From the NCBI GenBank assembly GCA_019359355.1, contig JAHHHM010000015.1, positions 1 to 45,146 on the forward strand: 45,146 nt of DNA, read 5' to 3'. Shown piece after piece: positions 17,702 to 25,208 of the stretch. Both the position numbers and the translations under genes were made by a program. The notes under the pieces are model-generated. The model did no database searches and was not told where the DNA came from. It saw nothing but the letters and a program-made list of their open reading frames with translations. Source of the stretch: Microcoleus vaginatus WJT46-NPBG5. Lineage in GTDB: Bacteria; Cyanobacteriota; Cyanobacteriia; Cyanobacteriales; Oscillatoriaceae. The stretch's first letter is position 1, and the number at the start of each line of letters is the position of its first letter.

Positions 17702-20140
17702 CTATGGCTTCAGAGGCACAAAGTCATAACCGGCACTACTGCCGGCAACTGGTTGAACTTGAACTAAAATTCCAATTCCAGGGATACGCTTACGATCACC
17801 GGAAGGCAAAAACTGCACTTTTCCAGTTGCACCTTCTGCTGCAAAACCGGCACCTGAAAGCACTTTTTGCAATCCGTGGCGGGTGCTACTTTGCTTCAAG
17901 CCGGCGACAATTGCTTGAGTCGTATCATAAGCCATTGCAGAGCGCCAATTCACAGGTGCCCCCCACAATGTCTTTGCTTTTTCAAGAAAGGGATTTTTTT
18001 GAGCGCTTCCAGGATGCCAAACCACAGCTAACACCATGCCATTAACATCAACTTGACCTAATTTAAGAGTATCAAAACTGTACATAGTAGAACTGCCAAA
18101 TAACGTGAGTTGCCCCTTATTGGCTTTGGCTAAATCAATTGCTTGATTGATTCTTTCCACTGATGGAGTCAGGAGCAAAGCATCAGCTCCATCTGCAATT
18201 GCGCTTGAGATCAAAATATTGGGATTGAAATTCGGGTTAGAAAAATCGCAGAGGATTGGGCTAACTTGCCCTCCTTCCTCCAGCACAGTATTTCGGAACT
18301 CTATTTTGATGGATTCACTATAAGGCGATTTTAGATCTGAACAGATAATAAATTTATTTTTGTGAGCTGTCTGGATGGCATAGTGTGAGAGGTTTTTCGC
18401 ATCCCGCCGGCTAGAAGTAACAGTCCGAAATATGTAGCTGCTAGTATAGGCAGTTTCCAAAGCACCACTGGTGGGAGAAATCATCACTAACCCGCCCTCC
18501 TGGTAAATTGGAGCGGCAGCGATAGAAACTTCACTGGCGTTATGACCAACAACTGCTAAAATCTGCTGATTATTGACGAATTCAGTGGCAATCTTTCGGG
18601 CGATTTCTGGCTTGTTATCATCATTGGCAATTGCAACTTGCAACAGCGCCCCGTTGATGCCAGTGCCGGCATTCACTTCATCCTGAACCTGAGCGACACC
18701 TCGCAGAATTTCTTTAGCGATATTAAGGTTGCCACCAATCGGAACGCTAACGGCAATTCTAATGGGATTTTTTGTGCCGGCAGCTTTGGCATTGTTGAGA
18801 TAAATCAGTGCCTCTGGATCGTTCGGATTAACTTGCAGAGAGGATTGCAATTTCTCCTGAGCCATAGCAAAGTCGCTGGTTGCAAACGCTTTGACTCCAG
18901 CCAACTTTTGAGGAGTGGTTCCATGCGTAATGAGAATTCTCTCTCCTAAACTGAATCGACTTAATTGCGGCAGAGATTTTAATGTTAATGAGGTGATTGC
19001 GACAACCACAATGCCCGCAGTAGCTAGCCCTAAAAATCGACCAAATTTTAACAATAAATTGTGGCTTTTAGGCCATTTCAGCGTTTGTTCAACTGGATTT
19101 TGGCAAATCACAGGCAACCAGGTGGCGCAAGGAAAATCTCCTTCCATTCCTTGCAGCTTTTCACGAGCTTTTCGTACTGCTAAATAAAAGCACTCGCCGG
19201 CTGCAAAAGTTTCTAAGAAATACTTCAAAAATGCTTCAGCTACGGGATCGGGTACGGGTTCCCGCATGACAATTAGCTGAGGGATATGAAATTGTGCTAA
19301 AGTTTGCGCTAATCCCAAGCCATCACAAGAGTTGAAAATTGCTAGTTTTAAGCTATGTTTAGTTGCGGCTTTCAGGGCATATTTTAATTCGTCAATGGTG
19401 AGACTTTCGGTTGGATTTATGTGAATTTTTCCGGCTTCATCTCCTGGCTCACTACAACTGTGGCCGGCAAAAAAGAGGATATCCCATCCCTGCTCATCCC
19501 AAAGCTGTTTATCTAGTTCTCTGCGAGTTGGCTCAACCAGCAAAGCTGTTTTTGCCTGGGGTAAGTTTTCTAGCAATTTTTGGTCCGCTTGAACGTCAAT
19601 TCCATCACTGCAACCCAAGATCGCTAGAATTCTCACTCGACCTTTAAGCGGCTTTGATTGTTGCTTTACCCAATCGTAGGAACTTAAAGCAATTTCAGTT
19701 TTGGAGTTATGTTCAAATAAATCCCATAGATGCCAGGGAAGTCGTCGCAGCCGATAATCTTCTGTTTGAATAATGATGCGAACTTCTTCAGAAGAGGTTA
19801 ATTGCTTGAGCAAACTTTCACGAATTCGCAGAAATGACTCGGCCCTCAGCCATGTGTTTAGGTTATAAACTAACTGTTGGGATAATCTGTGGCAGTTCTC
19901 CTTCAATTCGAGGCTAGAAACATTGGTGATTTGTCCGGGTTTCGCTTTGATTCGCACAGGGTTTCCCAGCCGGCGATAGGTTAACTGCCAAGATTCATGC
20001 TGTGCTGCTAACTCAGGTGCCGGCGGCAACTCACCTCGGACGCCCATTGATGCGGCTAACCCTTCTTCTCCAATTTCCAGCTTGACGCGAAAACCCCGAT
20101 CAAAGTCACCATCTAGCTTTAGGACAACTAATTTTCCCAT
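17702..20140 (-). CDS. Multidomain protein of 812 aa. From N to C it has an uncharacterised N-terminal domain of about 150 aa, a CHAT (caspase-HetF-like) protease domain, one TM helix, and a periplasmic type-I solute-binding domain (LivK/Peripla_BP_6-like).
   Basis: CHAT His/Cys dyad context: ILFFAGHS... and LAIFNSCDGLGLAQ. Hydrophobic helix FGRFLGLATAGIVVVAITSL. The C-terminal 400 aa has the PBP pattern (RIAVSVPIGGNLNIAKE...GINGALLQVAIANDDNKPE...ILAVVGHNASEVSIAAAPIYQEGGLVMISPTSG). Confidence 0.8.
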   Translation of the reverse strand: MGKLVVLKLDGDFDRGFRVKLEIGEEGLAASMGVRGELPPAPELAAQHESWQLTYRRLGNPVRIKAKPGQITNVSSLELKENCHRLSQQLVYNLNTWLRAESFLRIRESLLKQLTSSEEVRIIIQTEDYRLRRLPWHLWDLFEHNSKTEIALSSYDWVKQQSKPLKGRVRILAILGCSDGIDVQADQKLLENLPQAKTALLVEPTRRELDKQLWDEQGWDILFFAGHSCSEPGDEAGKIHINPTESLTIDELKYALKAATKHSLKLAIFNSCDGLGLAQTLAQFHIPQLIVMREPVPDPVAEAFLKYFLETFAAGECFYLAVRKAREKLQGMEGDFPCATWLPVICQNPVEQTLKWPKSHNLLLKFGRFLGLATAGIVVVAITSLTLKSLPQLSRFSLGERILITHGTTPQKLAGVKAFATSDFAMAQEKLQSSLQVNPNDPEALIYLNNAKAAGTKNPIRIAVSVPIGGNLNIAKEILRGVAQVQDEVNAGTGINGALLQVAIANDDNKPEIARKIATEFVNNQQILAVVGHNASEVSIAAAPIYQEGGLVMISPTSGALETAYTSSYIFRTVTSSRRDAKNLSHYAIQTAHKNKFIICSDLKSPYSESIKIEFRNTVLEEGGQVSPILCDFSNPNFNPNILISSAIADGADALLLTPSVERINQAIDLAKANKGQLTLFGSSTMYSFDTLKLGQVDVNGMVLAVVWHPGSAQKNPFLEKAKTLWGAPVNWRSAMAYDTTQAIVAGLKQSSTRHGLQKVLSGAGFAAEGATGKVQFLPSGDRKRIPGIGILVQVQPVAGSSAGYDFVPLKP

Positions 20141-20170
20141 TGTTGCTAAAAGTGTGAGTGCTAATTTAAG

Positions 20171-21130
20171 TCAAATAGCAAAACTTTGTATAATATTTTC
20201 CTCACCAAAAGCAACTTTAACGCTAAAAGTTTCTCCTGGCAAGCCACTAAACTGTAATTGAATATAATTATCTGCATTTCTTGCTTGGGCTTCTAAAACT
20301 GTAGTTCCTTCATGATCGAGGACAAGCAGTTGCAGTTGCGCCGGCAGGTAACTATTTTCACCTGTGGGATGGACTTGTACGAGAATGTCTGTTTCTTGTT
20401 TGGATGCCGGCATTAAAGCAACCACCAAGGCTACAGGATTTCCTAATAATTGAATTCCTAAGTCGATGAGTTTACCTCGCTTAATCTCGGCTGCTTGATT
20501 TACAGTTTCCCTGATTGGATCGATACTTCTAAAGCTAAAAGCTAAACTCGCTTTCTCTGAACCTAGAAGTGCTTCTACAGTCTGCCAGCCGGTTTCAAAA
20601 ATGTTCTCAAACCACTGGCTCAAATTCACCGTTGTCTCTCTAGCATTTTTTAGCCGGCAGATATGATCAATTAAGTTATCAATCGGTTTAAAATCGGCAA
20701 TTTGCAGATGCTCTGGTGGCAGGAGTGGATCTACACTGGGGGCAAATCCTAGAAGTTCTACTTCTTCTAGATTCTCGTTAAATTGCACCCCTATATAACC
20801 GATACGATTTTCCGTCACTTCTGGGGGTAAATAACAAGCTGTTTCCCCAGGTAAAATTGGACGACATTCCAAATAACCAATCTCTGGTATGGCTAGATCG
20901 GCAATATTAAATACAGCCTGCATTCCCCTATGCCAACTATCACTTGTACTAAGATCCGTTTCTATTTTCAGCCATTTCAGATAGCTGTGAACCGCATAGA
21001 CAGCGAGGGTATTTAAATAGACTCGTTTTCCTTTTTGAGCAGTAGCTTGTTGTGTGGCAAACTGACACGCGATTGCGTGAGCGTCTCTTCCCAGCGGAAC
21101 GGTTAATTTTGGTCTTTTTGTGTTGTTCAT
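20171..21130 (-). CDS. DUF1822-like cyanobacterial protein of 319 aa, co-transcribed with the sigma-like gene upstream and the CHAT gene downstream.
   Basis: Clean ATG ORF. Its ATG overlaps the upstream gene's stop (ATGA at 21127-21130). The family call is from memory of recurrent sigma-like/DUF1822 pairing in cyanobacteria. Confidence 0.5.
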   Translation of the reverse strand: MNNTKRPKLTVPLGRDAHAIACQFATQQATAQKGKRVYLNTLAVYAVHSYLKWLKIETDLSTSDSWHRGMQAVFNIADLAIPEIGYLECRPILPGETACYLPPEVTENRIGYIGVQFNENLEEVELLGFAPSVDPLLPPEHLQIADFKPIDNLIDHICRLKNARETTVNLSQWFENIFETGWQTVEALLGSEKASLAFSFRSIDPIRETVNQAAEIKRGKLIDLGIQLLGNPVALVVALMPASKQETDILVQVHPTGENSYLPAQLQLLVLDHEGTTVLEAQARNADNYIQLQFSGLPGETFSVKVAFGEENIIQSFAI

Positions 21131-21828
21131 GGCTCTAAACTAGGCTGATACCCCTGATTTCTGGCAATTTCTTGTAAAAGCGGTAAGCATTTTCTCTTCC
21201 AGTGAGAAACAAGCGCTTGGTAGTTGATTTTTAACTCTCTGGCAATTTCAGATAATTTGTCTGGCGGTTCGTTTAAATAAAGCCGTTTGCTAAGAAGCCG
21301 GCAGTTACATTCAAAGTTGGCTTTCGGATGACATTTCTCTAGTTTTCCTTCTGGATCTTGCTGAATGTATTTTTCTATTTCTAACCCGATGCGTTGTTTT
21401 TCCTCTCTTTGAAGTTGTTCAATATATCCCTCAATTCCGCTGAGAGAGGGAGTACCAAAACCTGTTTCTGATAATTTCTCTAAAGGGTTAAAGTCAGCTT
21501 CATTATTCTCGCTTATTTCATTCAAACTACGCGAAAATCGTTCATCAGGTATATATAAATCTTGAATTCGCCAGTAAAGGTATCCATTAATCCACTTTAC
21601 TAAGCTAATCTGCACCGAAGGCGGACGCGGTTTAAAGGTATGAATATTTTGGCTTACCCACTCCCAGGTTCGATTCAAGGCTTCTAAATAGTCTGGGTGG
21701 GAAGATTTTGACAATCCTGGTAGCTGTTGGATGTGAGCAATCAGCCGATTGAGAGCTTTTTGTTTCTCCGGACTTGGCTCCGGGTATTTACAAACTTCTG
21801 CAATGAGTTTTTTTAGTTGTTCATCCAT
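21127..21828 (-). CDS. ECF/sigma-70-family-like protein of 233 aa, with a region-2-like and a region-4-like HTH segment.
   Basis: Region-2-like aromatic block ALNRTWEWVSQNIHTFKPRP...SLVKWINGYLYWRIQDLY. C-terminal region-4-like segment LSKRLYLNEPPDKLSEIARELKINYQALVSHWKRKCLPLL. Confidence 0.55.
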   Translation of the reverse strand: MDEQLKKLIAEVCKYPEPSPEKQKALNRLIAHIQQLPGLSKSSHPDYLEALNRTWEWVSQNIHTFKPRPPSVQISLVKWINGYLYWRIQDLYIPDERFSRSLNEISENNEADFNPLEKLSETGFGTPSLSGIEGYIEQLQREEKQRIGLEIEKYIQQDPEGKLEKCHPKANFECNCRLLSKRLYLNEPPDKLSEIARELKINYQALVSHWKRKCLPLLQEIARNQGYQPSLEP

Positions 21829-22106
21829 TGTGCTTAATTTCGTTGTCTAATGCCTCCTGTTCCTTTCAAGTTAACATAAAATCACCCTAATCGCTCATGA
21901 AAGATGCGCTCTTTTGAGATGCAAACTTTCTGTAATTAACTTTAGGAACGATTAGGGGGAAGGGGGTTCAGTTTTATTCAACTATTTGATTTATTTCATG
22001 AAATGATTCTTTTGTTGTTTGCTTTTGTTCTTCTTTGTTGCCGGCTACCCTACAATCTCAGATTATCTTTCATCCGCTTATAGCCTCCCTTACTAAAATT
22101 GCTGTA

Positions 22107-22604
22107 CTAATAACTACCGCCGTCGTAACTACTGCTACCACAGTCACTACTACTATAGCTGCTGCTGTCGGAACTGCTGCTGTCATAACTACTGCTATAG
22201 CTGCTGCTGTCATAACTGCTGCTTTCACAGTTTTCATAGCTGCCGGCATCATAGCTACTGCTGTCATGACTATTGCTGTCACAGTCATAGCTGCCAGCCT
22301 CATAGCTATTGCTGTTATTATTGCTTTCACAGTTTTCATAGCTGTCGGCATCATAAGTTCTGCCATAGCTGCTGATGTCAAAGGCACTACTGTCATAGCT
22401 GACATCATCGCAATAGCTGCCGGCATCAAAATCCGTGTTATGGGAGACGCGCTTGTACTTAGAGCCTTTTTTGAAAGGGTTAGATCCTGTAAAGTCTTTC
22501 CGCTTTTTGAGTTGTTTCCGGCTTTTTTTGCTAAGAAATCGGGCGATTGACCAAACAATTAATGCAGTCAGGATACTAATCAATACTAACGCCATAGAAT
22601 CCAT
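22107..22604 (-). CDS. Membrane-anchored protein with an N-terminal TM helix, a basic cluster, and then a Ser/Tyr/Asp/Cys-rich low-complexity tail with repeats of about 13 aa (SYDAGSYENCESS).
   Basis: The ATG start is followed by MALVLISILTALIVWSIARFL and then KKSRKQLKKRK, a positive-inside signal-anchor pattern. The tail repeats are visible at both DNA and protein level. Antisense and alternate-frame ORFs over the same DNA lack good starts. Confidence 0.45.
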   Translation of the reverse strand: MDSMALVLISILTALIVWSIARFLSKKSRKQLKKRKDFTGSNPFKKGSKYKRVSHNTDFDAGSYCDDVSYDSSAFDISSYGRTYDADSYENCESNNNSNSYEAGSYDCDSNSHDSSSYDAGSYENCESSSYDSSSYSSSYDSSSSDSSSYSSSDCGSSSYDGGSY

Positions 22605-22745
22605 CCTTTTGAGGAGTATCTAAATTTGACTGGACTTTTAAAAAAAGTCGAAAATGGCTGGTTCTAGAACTTTGATTCTTCGTGGGTATAGCTGGTTGCG
22701 CCACTTTTAAACATATCGAAATGGCACAACCAGTTCTTCATGAAT

Positions 22746-24755
22746 CTAGCTGTAGACGAAGTAGCTTTCTGTCAGATTTAAACCTGTTAGCCCGGCAACC
22801 TTGGCAATGAGTTCATCTTTAGAACTTAAGCCAGATGTGCCATCATTATCGAGGTAGATATTAGTACAGGTCCCGACTGAGGATAAAATGTAGTCAGTTG
22901 CAGAACCCGCTAGTTGAATAAAATCTTCGCTGAGTTTAAAGCTTCTTAAGAGAGCAAAATCAGCACTCCCGCTATTACTGGAATTGCCATCATTGTAGTA
23001 GGCTCCTTTACCGGCATCTCCCAAGATAAACCGATCTGAACCGCTGCCTCCGGTGAGGGTATCTAGTTCGCCAACCCCTGGAGAAGTGGCTAAAGAGTCA
23101 CAGCCAATCAGAACATCTTTGCCGGAACCACCATTGAGCCAATCATCGCCGGCCCCACCATCAAGCGTATCTTTGCCGGCTCCCCCATTGAGGGTATCAT
23201 GACCCGTTCCCCCATTGAGGGTATCATGACCAGCACCGCCATCAAGCAAGTCATGGTCAGAACCGCCATCCAGTAAATCATGGCCCTCTAAGCCATCCAG
23301 CGTGTCCATCCCCATGCCGCCGTAAAGGCTATCATGCCCTGCCGTGCCAACCAGTAAATCATGGCCGGCGTTTCCTGTGAGAGTGTCATTGCCATCTGGT
23401 GGTTCACCGCCACCTGGAGGATTTAGGCTGAGTTGAGCCACCCAAACATCAGGCATCTCAGAATCATCAAAGATATTTCCGGCAGTATAAATATTGCCAG
23501 CACCATTTACGGCTACCCCTGACGAGGTATCCCGCCCAGGAGTGTTCAATGCTTTAACCCATTGTTGGTTGCCCTCAGCGTCATACTTGATAACCCAAGG
23601 ATCGGCATTGGGGCTGTCAAAAATTGCCGGCTCTCCAGTGCCTCCCGAAACGTAGACATTGCCGGCGTCATCTAATGCAATGCCATTGGCGTAATCATAA
23701 TCCGCAGTCCCCCACTGGTGAGACCACACTTGGTTGCCCTCAGAGTCATACTTGGCAGCCCAGGCATCAGTGCCAGAGGCTCTTCCCGAAATATAAAGGT
23801 TGCCAGCGCTATCGGTTTTAAAATCCTCTCTGCGGTAATCACTGGCAGCTCCCAACTGCTTCACCCAAAGCTGGTTGCCGGTGCTGTCGTATTTCGCAAT
23901 ATAGGTGTTATATTGACCCCCCAGATCCCCCTGCGTGTCTCCGCAAATGTAAACATTACCAGCACCATCAACGCCTACGTTCTGAGCACTGTCTGCACCG
24001 GCAGTTCCCCATTGCTTCACCCAAAGCTGGTTGCCGGTGCTGTCATACTTAGCAACCCAAGCATCAACAAACCCAGCACTGCTACCGCCTAAATCGCCAT
24101 AGGTTTCTCCCGAAACGTACAGGTTGCCCGTGCTATCGGTGGCTACGTCCTGTGAGTATTGAGGAAGTGCATTGCCAAACTGCTGCACCCAAATTTGGTT
24201 GCCTTGGGAGTCATACTTGGCAACGAAGGCGTCTTCATCGAAGATATAGCTTCCGGCTTTAGGGCTACCCCAAGCGCCTCTGGTATATCCTGTCAGGTAA
24301 ACATTGCCGGTGCTATCTGAAGTAAAGCCAAAACATTGCTCGGTAGTCTCTGTACCGAATTGCTTGAGCCAAAGCTGGTTGCCTTCGGCGCTATATTTAG
24401 CAACCCACACGTCATTTTCCCCAGCACTGCTACTCCCCAAAGTGCCATTGGTGTCTCCCGAAATGTAAACATTCCCCGCGTTATCCGTAGCGATGTCAGT
24501 AGTGGAGTCCCAACTGGAAGTCCCAAACTGCTTAATCCATGCGGTATTGGAGCCAGTGCCGGCATCATTACTGTTAAAATCCGTCTGAGTCACCGGCTCA
24601 CTTGTGCTGCCGGCAAGGCTAAATGTTTCGCTTTCGCCAGCATCACTCAAGCTGCCTTTATCGAGTTCGGTGTTGTTCAAATCAGAAGTAACCGAGTCTT
24701 TTTCAGAAACGTGGGACTGCATTATGTCTTCAATCGGTAGCTGATTACTATTCAT
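22746..24755 (-). CDS. Large secreted protein with N-terminal SBBP-type beta-propeller repeats and C-terminal RTX (haemolysin-type Ca-binding GGxGxD) repeats. It is a probable type I secretion substrate.
   Basis: About 8 repeats of GNVY(V/I)SG.T.G.LGG...G..DA(W/F)VAKYDS.GNQLWVKQ.GT. A nonapeptide run follows (GGAGHDTLNGGTGHDTLNGGAGKDTLDGGAGDDWLNGGSGKD). There is no N-terminal signal peptide, which is consistent with C-terminal T1SS secretion. Confidence 0.8.
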   Translation of the reverse strand: MNSNQLPIEDIMQSHVSEKDSVTSDLNNTELDKGSLSDAGESETFSLAGSTSEPVTQTDFNSNDAGTGSNTAWIKQFGTSSWDSTTDIATDNAGNVYISGDTNGTLGSSSAGENDVWVAKYSAEGNQLWLKQFGTETTEQCFGFTSDSTGNVYLTGYTRGAWGSPKAGSYIFDEDAFVAKYDSQGNQIWVQQFGNALPQYSQDVATDSTGNLYVSGETYGDLGGSSAGFVDAWVAKYDSTGNQLWVKQWGTAGADSAQNVGVDGAGNVYICGDTQGDLGGQYNTYIAKYDSTGNQLWVKQLGAASDYRREDFKTDSAGNLYISGRASGTDAWAAKYDSEGNQVWSHQWGTADYDYANGIALDDAGNVYVSGGTGEPAIFDSPNADPWVIKYDAEGNQQWVKALNTPGRDTSSGVAVNGAGNIYTAGNIFDDSEMPDVWVAQLSLNPPGGGEPPDGNDTLTGNAGHDLLVGTAGHDSLYGGMGMDTLDGLEGHDLLDGGSDHDLLDGGAGHDTLNGGTGHDTLNGGAGKDTLDGGAGDDWLNGGSGKDVLIGCDSLATSPGVGELDTLTGGSGSDRFILGDAGKGAYYNDGNSSNSGSADFALLRSFKLSEDFIQLAGSATDYILSSVGTCTNIYLDNDGTSGLSSKDELIAKVAGLTGLNLTESYFVYS

Positions 24756-25208
24756 GGTTAACCTTTGCTAGAGATTGCTAAAATTGCACGCAAGATGAAA
24801 CCATGCGATTGGCTAAGTAAATTTAGGCCGAAGCGCACATTGGAAATATCTGGCTCAAAGCTCGAAACTTTAGCGTTTCGATTTTTGAGTAACCGCGTAG
24901 AAATTCTTTAAACGTTTTAGTGGCAGGAGTCGTCAGAGAAGGAATTTAAAGGCAGTGAACTTTTTAGCCTGGATTTGGGTTCTCTCCTAATTGGAACTTC
25001 TATATAGTTCTCAGCTCAACTGCAAAAGTTTATGCAAATCCGATTTGCAAGGAGTTCACACCGGCACTCAAAAAAATCACTCAAATCCCTGACAGTTCAA
25101 GCCTTTCGAGGATTTAGCTGCCCAGCAAAAATATCAGCAGCCGTTACATTCACAATCCCCTCATCCCCACGCTGCCGGCCTTTTCTCAAAAATTTACAGG
25201 ACTTATTA

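Noticed and set aside
22035-22558. A plus-strand 171-aa A/T/V/I-rich ORF and a second minus-strand 162-aa ORF overlapping the Ser/Tyr/Asp repeat gene.
   Set aside because: They are mirror or alternate-frame translations of the same codon repeat: AGC/TAT/GAT antisense gives GCT/ATA/ATC. The plus ORF starts with TTG and has no N-terminal logic. The 165-aa minus-strand frame alone has an ATG, a TM anchor and a basic cluster.
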